Notes under the pieces: model-generated
What the model was told of the DNA's origin: nothing
Databases searched by the model: none
The model's input: the letters and a program-made list of their open reading frames with translations, nothing else
Assembly (NCBI GenBank): GCA_041690595.1
Contig: JAWLHB010000014.1
Span: 1 to 64,000 of the forward strand
Reading direction: 5' to 3'
Length of the DNA: 64,000 nt
Source of the DNA: Lentisphaeria bacterium
GTDB taxonomy: Bacteria; Verrucomicrobiota; Lentisphaeria; JABSQK01; JAWLHB01
Shown here: positions 18,320 to 27,943 of the stretch, piece after piece
Numbering within the stretch: the stretch's first letter is position 1
Layout of the letters: the number at the start of each line of letters is the position of its first letter
Made by a program: the position numbers and the translations under genes

Positions 18320-19408
18320 ATGCCCAAAGATCCGAGCCGAACAGAACTCCCCACTCCCAAGCGCATCGAGGATGCCCGCAAGGAAGGCAAGGTTCTCACC
18401 TCGGAAGAGGTCAATTCGCTCGCGGTCACGATTGGAGGCGGGGTGTTGATGCTTCCGACCGCGATCATGGCCCGTGACGGATTCGGCAACACGCTCCGCT
18501 ACTGCCTGCTCGACATCGACTGGCAGGGCGACTGGTCCCTCGCCGCGATCAGCCATGGCATTGGCCTGGCAACGCTGCAGTTCGGCATCCTCCTCGCCCC
18601 TTTCCTTGGCGGGATCTGCATCATCGCCATCGCCAGCAACCGCCTGCAGACCGGCCACTATCTCGAGCCCGGCGCGATGGCCTTCAAACCGGAGCAGTTG
18701 AGCCCCGTCACCGGCATGAAGCAGGTCATTCCCTCCGCCGACAACATGATGAAGCTGGTTCTGATCCTGCTCAAACTCATCGTCATCGGCGGTCTCGTCT
18801 ATCTGATGGTGAAGCGGGATCTGGAAACCATCGCCTGGCTGCCGCTGCAAGGACTCGCCAACGGCACCGCCTGGGTATTCGAGCACTTCATCTCCGTCGC
18901 CGCCGCCATCCTCACCCTCCTCACCGCCGTCGCCGTCGCCGACTATCTCTGGCGCCGCAAGCAGTACATCGACAACCTGATGATGACCAAGCAGGAGGTC
19001 AAGGACGAGCACAAGAACATGGATGGCGATCCGCACATCAAGGGTCGCCTGCGCCAGCGCATGCGTGAACTCTCGATGATGCGCCTGATCACGGAAGTAC
19101 CCCGCGCCGACGTCATCATCGCCAACCCGATCCACGTCGCCGTCGCCCTTCGCTATCAACCGGGCGAGATGGCGCCGATGGTCGTCGCCAAGGGACTGCG
19201 CAAGCGCGCCCTGCGCATCAAGGAGCTGGCTCGCCGTTCGGGCGTTCCGGTCGTCGAAGCGCCGCCACTGGCCCGCGCGATCTATCGATCGACCGCCAGC
19301 GGCGCCGTGATTCCGCCTCACCTCTACGGCGCCGTAGCCGCCATCCTCGCCAGGATTTACCAGCGCCGCCACCGCAACCTTCAACCCGCCGGTAATCGCG
19401 TCGCATGA
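18320..19408 (+). CDS. flhB: Flagellar export switch protein FlhB
   Basis: RTELPTPKRIEDARKEG, MMTKQEVKDEHKNMDGDP, NPIH autocleavage motif and PPLARAIY. Confidence 0.96.
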   Translation: MPKDPSRTELPTPKRIEDARKEGKVLTSEEVNSLAVTIGGGVLMLPTAIMARDGFGNTLRYCLLDIDWQGDWSLAAISHGIGLATLQFGILLAPFLGGICIIAIASNRLQTGHYLEPGAMAFKPEQLSPVTGMKQVIPSADNMMKLVLILLKLIVIGGLVYLMVKRDLETIAWLPLQGLANGTAWVFEHFISVAAAILTLLTAVAVADYLWRRKQYIDNLMMTKQEVKDEHKNMDGDPHIKGRLRQRMRELSMMRLITEVPRADVIIANPIHVAVALRYQPGEMAPMVVAKGLRKRALRIKELARRSGVPVVEAPPLARAIYRSTASGAVIPPHLYGAVAAILARIYQRRHRNLQPAGNRVA

Positions 19409-21540
19409 AACCGCTGAATCCAGTTCAACCGGCGAAAGGGCTGAGCGCCGACGTCGCTCTGGCCATGGTCTTTGGCGGCATCCTCATCGTCCTGCTCTTT
19501 CCCCTGCCCCCCATCCTCCTCGACCTCCTGCTGGTTCTCAACATCTCCGTCGCCATCCTGATACTCCTCATGATGTTCTACCTGGAGAACCCGCTCGATC
19601 TTTCCGGCTTCCCCGCCATGCTCCTGGTCCTGACCCTCTTTCGCCTCTCTCTCAACGTTGCCTCCACCAAGTTGATCCTGCTGGGCGGGCAGGCCGGCAC
19701 CGTCATCAACGCCTTCGGCCGATTCGTGGTCGGCAACAACTACGTGGTCGGCGCGGTCGTCTTCCTCATCCTCGTCATCATCCAGTTCGTCGTCATCACC
19801 AAGGGCGCCGGCCGTATTGCTGAAGTCGCCGCACGCTTCACCCTCGACGCCATGCCCGGCAAGCAGATGAGCATCGACGCCGACCTGAATGCCGGCATCA
19901 TCGACGAGGACGAAGCCCGCACCCGCCGCAAGAAGGTCACCGACGAAGCGGAGTTCTACGGCGCGATGGACGGCGCCAGCAAATTCGTCAAGGGGGATGC
20001 GGTCGCCGGTCTGGTCATAACCGGCGTCAACATCGTCGGCGGCCTGGCCATCGGCGTTTTTCAGCAGGGGATGCCGATGATGGATGCCTTGCAGACGTAT
20101 ACCGTGCTCACCATCGGCGACGGCCTGGTCAGCCAGATTCCCGCCCTCATCATCTCCATCGGCTCCGGCATCCTCGTCACCAAGACAGCCTCCACGGATT
20201 TCCTCGGCCGGCACCTGCAAAAGCAGCTGCTGCGCCGGCCGGAGCCCCTCATCCTGGGCGGCCTCATGCTCATCATGCTCGCGCTCCTTCCCGGCCTCCC
20301 CTTCATGCCCTTCGCCATTCTTGGCGGCGCCTCCTTCATCGTCGGCCGCCGTCTCCTCGCCATACAGCGCGCTGAAGCAGTCAGCGGCTACTCCGTGCAC
20401 GAGAAGAAGGGCCCGGGTGGCGCCGCTCCGGCACTGCCCGCTGGGCGCGATGGCAAGCAGGATGCCGAGAGTACCGAACGGCCCAAGGTCTCTCCCCTCC
20501 CCGTCCTCCAGCTCGAAATCGGCTTCAGCCTCGTTCCCCTCGTCGACGCGGACCAGGGAGGCGATCTCGTCGCCCGCATCGGCATGATCCGCGACCAGAT
20601 CCGCGAGGAGTGCGGCTTCCAGATGCCTTCCGTCTCCATCCAGGACAATCTGGAGCTGAACAACAACGAATACCGCATCCTCCTGCGTGGCCTCGAACGT
20701 GCCCGCGATCAGGTCCATGTCGGGTCGCTTCTGGCGATCGATGCCGGCGATGCCATCGGCAATCTCGACGGCGCCAATGTGACCGAGCCGGCCTTCGGTT
20801 ACCAGGCCGTCTGGATCAGCCCCGGCCGTTCCGATGACGCGGAAGCCAAAGGCTACACCGTCGTCAATGCTGAAACGGTCGTCGCCACGCACCTGACCAA
20901 GGTGGTGCGCGAGCATGCGGCCGAGCTGCTTGGCCGCCAGGAAGTCAGCGAGATGCTCGACGCCCTCAAGCAGAGCAACGAAGCCGTGGTCACGGAGCTG
21001 GTGCCTGACAAACTGCCCCTGGCGGTCGTCCACCGGGTTCTTCAGCACCTTCTCCAGGAGCAGGTGCCGATCCACGACCTGCCGAGCATCCTCGAAACCC
21101 TCACCGACTATGCGCACCAGAGCAAGGATCCCACCGTACTGGGAGAATTTTGCCGGCAGGCTCTTGCCGGTCAGCTCATTGCCAGCTGCGTGGACAGCGT
21201 CGGCACGCTCCATGCGTTCACCCTTGCGCCGATGCTCGAGGAGGAGCTGCAGCGCAGCATCACCCCCGGCAGCGGCATCGGTACCATGAACATGGCCCCC
21301 GCCAGGGCAGCCGCCATCTGTCAGGCGGTACACTCCCTCTTTAAACAACTGGCTGCCAACCTCGAAGCAGGCCCCGTGCTCCTCACCTCACCACTCATCC
21401 GCTTTCATCTGCGCCAGCTGCTGGCCAGAAAAGTCCCCGAATTACGCGTCCTTTCGTATGGTGAAGTCCTCGATGACGTGCCGCTCAAGGTTACCGCGGC
21501 CGTCGAATGCCCGAAAAACATGGAGATGGCGGCCGCATGA
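19405..21540 (+). CDS. flhA: Flagellar export protein FlhA
   Basis: RIAEVAARFTLDAMPGKQMSIDADL and FYGAMDGASKFVKGDA motifs. Confidence 0.98.
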   Translation: MKPLNPVQPAKGLSADVALAMVFGGILIVLLFPLPPILLDLLLVLNISVAILILLMMFYLENPLDLSGFPAMLLVLTLFRLSLNVASTKLILLGGQAGTVINAFGRFVVGNNYVVGAVVFLILVIIQFVVITKGAGRIAEVAARFTLDAMPGKQMSIDADLNAGIIDEDEARTRRKKVTDEAEFYGAMDGASKFVKGDAVAGLVITGVNIVGGLAIGVFQQGMPMMDALQTYTVLTIGDGLVSQIPALIISIGSGILVTKTASTDFLGRHLQKQLLRRPEPLILGGLMLIMLALLPGLPFMPFAILGGASFIVGRRLLAIQRAEAVSGYSVHEKKGPGGAAPALPAGRDGKQDAESTERPKVSPLPVLQLEIGFSLVPLVDADQGGDLVARIGMIRDQIREECGFQMPSVSIQDNLELNNNEYRILLRGLERARDQVHVGSLLAIDAGDAIGNLDGANVTEPAFGYQAVWISPGRSDDAEAKGYTVVNAETVVATHLTKVVREHAAELLGRQEVSEMLDALKQSNEAVVTELVPDKLPLAVVHRVLQHLLQEQVPIHDLPSILETLTDYAHQSKDPTVLGEFCRQALAGQLIASCVDSVGTLHAFTLAPMLEEELQRSITPGSGIGTMNMAPARAAAICQAVHSLFKQLAANLEAGPVLLTSPLIRFHLRQLLARKVPELRVLSYGEVLDDVPLKVTAAVECPKNMEMAAA

Positions 21541-22664
21541 AGATACGACGATACCAAGGCAAGAGTCTCGAAGCGATTCGCGAAAAGGTCCTTCTGGAGC
21601 TGGGCGACGACGCCGTCATCGTCTCCACCCGAAGCGAAAAACAGGGCAACCTCCTCCTCGGACGCTCCACGCACTACGAAGTCATCGCCGCCGTTGACGA
21701 TATGGCGACGCCGGCGGAGAACGCCGGCCTCCCCAACCAGGTCGCCGCCATGCTGGCCGAACAGAAGGAACAGTATCTCGGCGTTCGCCGCTCGCTCAAG
21801 CTGCTCGATGACAAGATGGCTGAAGTCGATGCCGCCTTGCGCATCACCAACCTGCGCCACCAGTCCGTCGGGAGTGGCGTCCTGGCCCGGATTCACGAGG
21901 CATGGCGCGCCCCCGTCACCGAAGTGGCACGCGAGCTGGCCGGCGGCCGCGATCCCGATCCCGCCGAATGGCACGAGGCCCTCGAGCGTTTCATCGTCGC
22001 CCGCTCCGGCATCCAGTTCCGCTCCACGCAGGGCATGGCACCCGATGTCTACTGCCTGATCGGACCAACCGGCGTCGGCAAGACCACCACCCTCGCCAAG
22101 CTGGCCGCTCGCGCCGTCCTCCAGGAACGGCTCAGCGTCGGCATCATCACCATCGACACCTTTCGCGTCGGCGCCGTCGACCAAGTGCGCGAGTATGGCA
22201 ACCTCCTCGGCGTCGAGGTCAAGGTCGCCTTCGGTGCCGACGAGGTGGCCCACCATCTCGCCGCCTTCCAGGACCGCGATGTCGTCTTCATCGATACCCC
22301 CGGCCGCAGCCAGTACGACGCCGCCGGCATCGAGCAGATCCGCCAGTGCCTGGGAGAGAGCGGCAACCTCTGCGTCGCCCTCGTCGTCCCCGCCGGGGTA
22401 CGGACCGAGGAAGCCCTCCATATCGCCGCAAACTACCGCGAGATGAAGCCGGCCGTGCTGATCCTGACCAAGACCGACGAAGCCAGCCAGTGCGACGGCC
22501 TCACCCAGTTGATCGACGCCGCCGGCCTCCCCGTCGTCTACGTCACCGACGGGCAGCAGGTACCCGAGGATCTCGCTCCCGCCTCCGCCGGCCTGATCGC
22601 CGCCCTGATCGCCCGCCCCTCCTCGTATCGCCTGACGGTAAAAGTCGGGGGTGAAGCGGCATGA
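21537..22664 (+). CDS. flhF: SRP-family GTPase FlhF
   Basis: MKIRRY..ELGDDAVIVS N-terminus; GPTGVGKTTT, DTFR, DTPG and TKTDE motifs. Confidence 0.93.
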   Translation: MKIRRYQGKSLEAIREKVLLELGDDAVIVSTRSEKQGNLLLGRSTHYEVIAAVDDMATPAENAGLPNQVAAMLAEQKEQYLGVRRSLKLLDDKMAEVDAALRITNLRHQSVGSGVLARIHEAWRAPVTEVARELAGGRDPDPAEWHEALERFIVARSGIQFRSTQGMAPDVYCLIGPTGVGKTTTLAKLAARAVLQERLSVGIITIDTFRVGAVDQVREYGNLLGVEVKVAFGADEVAHHLAAFQDRDVVFIDTPGRSQYDAAGIEQIRQCLGESGNLCVALVVPAGVRTEEALHIAANYREMKPAVLILTKTDEASQCDGLTQLIDAAGLPVVYVTDGQQVPEDLAPASAGLIAALIARPSSYRLTVKVGGEAA

Positions 22665-23524
22665 CGCAGCCCTTCGACCAGGCCCAATCTCTGCGCTCGC
22701 TGGCAAGCCTTCCGCGGCTGGCGAACGACGAGCGCCACCCCGTGCGCTGCGTCGCCGTCTCCAGCGGCAAGGGGGGCGTCGGCAAGACCTTCATCACCGT
22801 CAACCTTGCCCATGTCTTTCGCCGGCGCGGCTGGCGTGTTCTCATCGTCGATGCCGATCTGGGTCTGGCCAATGCGGATATCGTTCTCGGCGCCAGCCCA
22901 ACGCTCACGCTGCAGGATGCCGTCTTCGGCGGCCGCACGCTGCAGGAAGTCGTCTGTCACACCCGCTGGGGCATCGACCTGGTCGCGGCTTCCGCCGGGT
23001 CGCGCGAGATGGTGATGCTGGGCGATGCCCGGCTGCGCAGCCTCACCGAACAACTCGTGGCCATGGCCGTCGACTACGATCTCCTCCTCTTCGACTGCTC
23101 CAGCGGCATCATGCCCAGCGTCCTCTGCTTCATCGGTGCCGCCACCCACAACGTGCTGGTCGCCACCCCGGAGCCCACCTCCATGATGGACGCCTATGCG
23201 CTGGTCAAGGTCATGCGCCAGCGGCGCCTCGCGTCGCGCGTCGAGCTGGTCGTCAACATGACCAAGCATCCGGAAGATGCCCGCCGTGTCTACAACGCGT
23301 TGTCGCGGGTGATGACCCAGTTCCTCGGCTTTCAACTGCACCTGCTGGGCACCATCCCCGCCAGCCCGCAGGTACCCCGCGCCATTGCCGCCGGACGGCC
23401 GCTCAGCGACGTCGACGCCGGCGATCCCGCCTCCATTCACCTTGATTCCGTTGCCGCCAGGCTCATCGGCCAGTTGCTGCCAGAATCCCCAACCACCCTC
23501 TGCGAGACCATCGCCTCCGCCTGA
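22661..23524 (+). CDS. flhG: MinD-like ATPase FlhG/FleN
   Basis: DQAQSLR N-terminal motif; SGKGGVGKT, DADLGLAN and TPEPTSMMDAY. Confidence 0.92.
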   Translation: MTQPFDQAQSLRSLASLPRLANDERHPVRCVAVSSGKGGVGKTFITVNLAHVFRRRGWRVLIVDADLGLANADIVLGASPTLTLQDAVFGGRTLQEVVCHTRWGIDLVAASAGSREMVMLGDARLRSLTEQLVAMAVDYDLLLFDCSSGIMPSVLCFIGAATHNVLVATPEPTSMMDAYALVKVMRQRRLASRVELVVNMTKHPEDARRVYNALSRVMTQFLGFQLHLLGTIPASPQVPRAIAAGRPLSDVDAGDPASIHLDSVAARLIGQLLPESPTTLCETIASA

Positions 23525-23553
23525 TATCACCTGCATTCAAAGTCACTCATCAG

Positions 23554-23778
23554 ATGAAACGTACTGCCCTGATCCTTGGAATGGTTGCCGGCCTGCTCTG
23601 CCTCGGGTGGAATGTCGCCATGAGCCATGACTGGCTGGTCGCCGTCACCCGTGCCGGTATCGTGACCGGCGTCGCCGCCATTCTCGCCCTCTACGCCATG
23701 CGGGGTGTCGCCCAGGTCCTGATCAACCAGATCCGCGCGCAGAAGGCCGCGCGGGCCAACCAAGAAGCGGAAGGATAA
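23554..23778 (+). CDS. Small 2-TM hypothetical protein between flhG and fliA
   Basis: 74 aa with two hydrophobic helices; fills the operon gap. Confidence 0.7.
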   Translation: MKRTALILGMVAGLLCLGWNVAMSHDWLVAVTRAGIVTGVAAILALYAMRGVAQVLINQIRAQKAARANQEAEG

Positions 23779-23790
23779 GAGCCACCCGTC

Positions 23791-24579
23791 ATGAAGCCGA
23801 CAGCCAAGCATCCATCTACCAAGCCGCCGGATACGGAGAGCGCCCTCTGGGCAGACTTCCGCGCCGGCGCTTCCGGCGATGCCTTCCTGGCCCTTGTCGA
23901 CTACTACCTGCCGCTGGTCACCCGCCAACTCGAACGCTTTGCCACCCGCCTCCGCGGCAGGATGGACCAGCGCGAGCTGCTCGGCGCCGGCGTGGTCGGC
24001 CTCCAGCAGGCCATCGCCAGCTGCGACCAGGCTCAGCAGGCCGCCTTCCACGGCTACGCCGCAGCCCGTATTCGCGGTGCCATGCTCGACGAGCTGCGAC
24101 GCCTCGACCCCCTCACCCGCTCGCAGCGCCGCTCCTACCACCGCATCTGTCAGGCCATCGACGAGCTGCGGCAACGCCTGCAGGCCACGCCCACCGTCGA
24201 GCAGATCGCAACAGAGGTCGGTATCTCTGTTGCAAACGTCAACACTTTTCTCGGTCTTGGCGCCGGCGCCATCAGCATGCAGGAGAGGGTGGACGAAAAT
24301 CGCCTTCTGGAAGATACCGTCCCCGATATGGACGCCGTGTCGCCAAGCGATGCGGCCGACCTTCGTCTGGGCAAGGAGGCCTTGCGCCGGGCCTTCCGGG
24401 AGCTTCCGCGGCGCGACCAGCAGTTGCTCTATCTGCGCCTCACGCAGGGGATGCGGGTGAGCGAAGTCGCGGCGGTGCTCCAGCTCTCCGAAGGGCGGGT
24501 ATCGCAGCTCTACCAAGAAACCGTCGAACGCCTCCGCGGACTCATGCGGGTGCGCCACGAAGACCTAGCGAGGGCTTGA
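23791..24579 (+). CDS. fliA: Flagellar sigma factor sigma-28 (FliA/WhiG)
   Basis: YAAARIRGAMLDELRRLD and LSEGRVSQL motifs; position after flhFG. Confidence 0.92.
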   Translation: MKPTAKHPSTKPPDTESALWADFRAGASGDAFLALVDYYLPLVTRQLERFATRLRGRMDQRELLGAGVVGLQQAIASCDQAQQAAFHGYAAARIRGAMLDELRRLDPLTRSQRRSYHRICQAIDELRQRLQATPTVEQIATEVGISVANVNTFLGLGAGAISMQERVDENRLLEDTVPDMDAVSPSDAADLRLGKEALRRAFRELPRRDQQLLYLRLTQGMRVSEVAAVLQLSEGRVSQLYQETVERLRGLMRVRHEDLARA

Positions 24580-24845
24580 TCATGGACGACTTTCTCAATG
24601 ACGCGCGCAGCCTCGAACAAAGCAATCGCACCAGTGACGGTGCCGGCCACCGCTTCTCCTTTCAGGGGCGACACGGGCAGCAGCACCAGCAGCGCGAAAA
24701 GCGCCCCCCGCCTCCCGCGGTCGAACTCCATCTCTCCGACTCCGTGCGGAGCGACGCCGAGCCAGAAAGCGCCGAGCCGCCGCCTCCAATACACCCCGCG
24801 GAGACGCCCCAGCCGCCGGTTCGCCACATTCATCTTGAAGCCTGA
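24576..24845 (+). CDS. Small low-complexity hypothetical protein
   Basis: 89 aa, Pro/Gln-rich, ends HIHLEA; overlaps the fliA stop (could also start at ATG 24582). Confidence 0.55.
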   Translation: MIMDDFLNDARSLEQSNRTSDGAGHRFSFQGRHGQQHQQREKRPPPPAVELHLSDSVRSDAEPESAEPPPPIHPAETPQPPVRHIHLEA

Positions 24846-24855
24846 TTATCACCTT

Positions 24856-24871
24856 TGGCATCGTAGCTGCT
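24856..24871 (+). promoter_or_regulatory. Sigma-54 site upstream of rpoN
   Basis: TGGCAT-CGTAG-CTGCT with GG-N10-GC spacing, about 110 bp before the rpoN ATG. Confidence 0.55.
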
Positions 24872-24978
24872 GTAACAGCTTTCGAACGGCAGCAATGCCG
24901 CACTTTACAACACTTCGTCAATAGGGAGTAGGAAGGTTGAACAGACCCTGATCCTACGGTGCAGAGGAGTTACCTTAC

Positions 24979-26376
24979 ATGAACATGGACATCTCGCAGG
25001 CCCCCAGAACCGCCCTCGATCTCCGGCTCGAACAGAATCTCAGCCACCAGCAGATCCAGGCCCTCGAACTGCTCACCGCCCCCGTCTGCGAGTTGCAGTC
25101 CATCATCAATGCCGAGCTGGAGCGCAATCCCGTTCTCGAAGCCGACTTCGAGCAACCCGAAGCGCATGACGACGACGCCTGGCTCGACCACCTTCTGCGC
25201 CTGAGCGAAGACACCCGCTACGTCTGCGGCACCCGCCCCATGATGACCGCCGAGGACGAAGAGCGCCGTCAGCACTTCTTCGATTCCGCCACCTACGAAG
25301 AGCGTCTCCACGACCGGCTCATGAAGGAACTCCTCTTCCTCGGCCTCGACGAGAAGGTCATGGGGATCTGCGAGATCATCGTCTGCAGCCTCAACAACGA
25401 CGGCTACATCACCAGCCATGAAGCGGATATCGCCATGGCCGCCGGCTGCACCGTCATGGAGGTGCGCTCCACCGTCGAGCTGGTGCAGGGCTTGAACCCG
25501 CCCGGCATCGCGGCGCGCGACCTGCGCGAACGCCTCTTGCTGCAGCTCGATCGCAGCGGCCGCCGCGACAGCATCGCCTGGCGCATCGTCGCCAACCATC
25601 TCGACGATCTCGCCAAGAACCTCCTTCCCAAGATCGCCAGAGCGCTCCAGCTCACCCTTCCGGAACTAAAGGTGGCCATCGCCGAGATCCAGGGACTCAA
25701 TCCCCATATCGTCACCGAAGAGGCCAGCCCCTGGGACTATGTCCGCGAGGAGATCATCGTCTCGGAAGACGACTATGGCGACCTCGCCCTGCAGGTCTGC
25801 AACGATCACCTTCCCAGCCTCCGCATCAGCCAGCAGTACCGCGAGCTTCTCCACGATCCGCGTACCGCCGAGGATGTGCGCGACTACATCAAGCAGAAGG
25901 TCCGCGCCGCCGCCTATCTTATCAGCAGCGTCATTCAGCGTCAGAGCACCATCGACAAGATCGCCCACGTCATTCTCGACGTTCAGCAGCAGTTCTTTCG
26001 CGAAGGACAAAACGCCATGAAGCCGCTCACCATGGCCCAGGTCGCCGAGCGCGCCGGCGTCCATGAAACCACCATCAGCCGTACCGTCGCCGACAAGTTC
26101 CTGCGCTGCAAATGGGGGATTTTCCCCATGAAGCACTTCTTCAGCAGCGGCTTTACGAACGCCAATGGCGAAGAGGTCTCCAGCGTCGCCGTCAAGAGCG
26201 CCATACGACGCCTGATCGACGCCGAAGATGCCACCGACCCGCTCTCTGACAGCCAGCTGGTCAGCCTGCTTGCCGGGCAGGGCCTCAAAGTTGCCAGGCG
26301 CACCATCGCAAAGTATCGTGAGAGCATCGGCATTCCCGCATCCAACCTGCGCAAGCAGTATTGCACCGTAGCCTGA
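24979..26376 (+). CDS. rpoN: RNA polymerase sigma-54 factor
   Basis: Gln/Leu-rich region [24 protein letters not shown] and RpoN box [10 protein letters not shown]. Confidence 0.97.
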   Translation: MNMDISQAPRTALDLRLEQNLSHQQIQALELLTAPVCELQSIINAELERNPVLEADFEQPEAHDDDAWLDHLLRLSEDTRYVCGTRPMMTAEDEERRQHFFDSATYEERLHDRLMKELLFLGLDEKVMGICEIIVCSLNNDGYITSHEADIAMAAGCTVMEVRSTVELVQGLNPPGIAARDLRERLLLQLDRSGRRDSIAWRIVANHLDDLAKNLLPKIARALQLTLPELKVAIAEIQGLNPHIVTEEASPWDYVREEIIVSEDDYGDLALQVCNDHLPSLRISQQYRELLHDPRTAEDVRDYIKQKVRAAAYLISSVIQRQSTIDKIAHVILDVQQQFFREGQNAMKPLTMAQVAERAGVHETTISRTVADKFLRCKWGIFPMKHFFSSGFTNANGEEVSSVAVKSAIRRLIDAEDATDPLSDSQLVSLLAGQGLKVARRTIAKYRESIGIPASNLRKQYCTVA

Positions 26377-26440
26377 TCGCGCAAGCCGGCCTTCCGCCTC
26401 GCTTCATCCCCCATTCCGCACCCCCCAGAGGAGATTACAC

Positions 26441-26686
26441 ATGCTGGTTCTGACAAGGAGGTTGGACGAGAGCATCATCATCGGTGACGACATCGAGATC
26501 AAGGTGCTCAAGATATCCGGCAACCAGGTGCACTTGGGAATCGAAGCGCCCCGCCACGTCACGCTCTATCGCAAGGAAGTCTACGCCAAGGTCGTCAGCG
26601 AAAACCAGCGCGCCATCCGCGCCGCCGTCACCCCCGACATGGTCGGCAACCTTCAGGCACTGAACCAGCGTCTCAAGAAGCAGTAG
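26441..26686 (+). CDS. csrA: Carbon storage regulator CsrA
   Basis: [47 protein letters not shown]. Confidence 0.97.
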   Translation: MLVLTRRLDESIIIGDDIEIKVLKISGNQVHLGIEAPRHVTLYRKEVYAKVVSENQRAIRAAVTPDMVGNLQALNQRLKKQ

Positions 26687-26739
26687 GACAGGTCACGCCC
26701 AGCTCCGCAATCTGCTGCATCTCTGAAGCAGGTGTGCAA

Positions 26740-26773
26740 GAGTATCCCGCGCAAATCTTTTCGCGGGATACTC
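26740..26773. terminator. Hairpin between the convergent csrA and M24 genes
   Basis: 12-bp perfect stem GAGTATCCCGCG/CGCGGGATACTC; no clear U-tract. Confidence 0.55.
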
Positions 26774-26788
26774 CAGGTGGGCCGGCTC

Positions 26789-27943
26789 TTACAGCTCGAC
26801 GAGCTTCATGTACTTGCTGGAGAGCTTCTCCGCGCCGCCCTTGACGATCCGGGCGCCATTCTCCCAGCGCAGGCCGAAGTCATGGTCGTAGAAGAAGGTG
26901 TCGACCTGGAAGGTCATGTTCTCCTGCAGGTCGTAGGTGGAGGTCGATTCCATCCAAGGGCGCTCCACTTCCATCATGCCCAGGCCGTGACACGGTCCGT
27001 AGAGCATGAACTGCGCGAAACCCGCCTTCTTCACATACGCTTCGTACTCTTCGACCACCTTCGCCGCAGGCTTGCCGGCTTCCAGCAGCTCGTAGGTCTT
27101 CTGGTGCGCTTCCAGACCGAAGGCAACCAGCTTCTTCTTGCGCTCGGGCAGCGCTCCGATCGAGATCGGCAGGCCGACGCTGGAGGAATAACCGCCCACC
27201 CGCGCGCCGATGTTGAGCTGGATCACTTCGTTGCGGATGAGCTTGTTGTGGGTCGGCCGCGAGATGGCATTGTTGGTCGCCGGCCCGCAGAAGCAGTAGA
27301 GCGCATGCCCTTCGTACTCGCCGCCGTGCTTGTAGATTTCCCGCTGCGCGATGCCGATCGCCTGCAGCTCCGTCATCCCCGGCTCGATCTCCGCGAGCAT
27401 CGCTTCCACGGCAATCTCGCTGATCTCGAACGCCCGCTTCATCAGCGCCAGCTCGTTCTCCGACTTCACCACCTTGAGGTCGACAAGCGTATCCCCGGCA
27501 TTGATCAGCTCCGCCTCCGGCAGATCGCGGCGCAGGCTCATGTAGACCGGCAGCGTCGTGATCGACCAGCCGACAATACCCAGCTTCTTGACTCCCTTCG
27601 GACAGGCCGCGGCCGCGACGTCAGCAAAGGTGCTTACCTTGATCCCCGGATACTGCGGCTCGGCCGATTCGCGATACTCGACCATCTTGTGGATCGTCGG
27701 GATCTTGCTGCGCTGCCGCGCATAGGTCTCGCTCTCCGGCCCGATGATCAGCATCGCTTCGCCCTCGGCGGGCACGAAGACGGCGGCGGCCTCGAAGGTC
27801 GGCCAGTATTCACTCAGATAACGAACGTGGGCCATGTCCGACTCGTTGCCATGCACCAGGGCGGCGTCGAGGCCGGCCTTCTTGATGTTGGCCTGGAATC
27901 GGCGGATACGGTCCTGGTACTCGGCGTTGGGAATGCACGTCAT
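26789..27943 (-). CDS. Second M24-fold protein with non-canonical active site
   Basis: Starts MTCIPNAEYQDRIRRFQ (ATGA overlap with the deacetylase stop); KSENELALMK, CHGLG and GLRWEN motifs. Confidence 0.85.
   Translation of the reverse strand: MTCIPNAEYQDRIRRFQANIKKAGLDAALVHGNESDMAHVRYLSEYWPTFEAAAVFVPAEGEAMLIIGPESETYARQRSKIPTIHKMVEYRESAEPQYPGIKVSTFADVAAAACPKGVKKLGIVGWSITTLPVYMSLRRDLPEAELINAGDTLVDLKVVKSENELALMKRAFEISEIAVEAMLAEIEPGMTELQAIGIAQREIYKHGGEYEGHALYCFCGPATNNAISRPTHNKLIRNEVIQLNIGARVGGYSSSVGLPISIGALPERKKKLVAFGLEAHQKTYELLEAGKPAAKVVEEYEAYVKKAGFAQFMLYGPCHGLGMMEVERPWMESTSTYDLQENMTFQVDTFFYDHDFGLRWENGARIVKGGAEKLSSKYMKLVEL

Noticed and set aside
15831..21540. Injectisome-type T3SS
   Set aside because: fliO, flhF, flhG and fliA context identifies it as flagellar.
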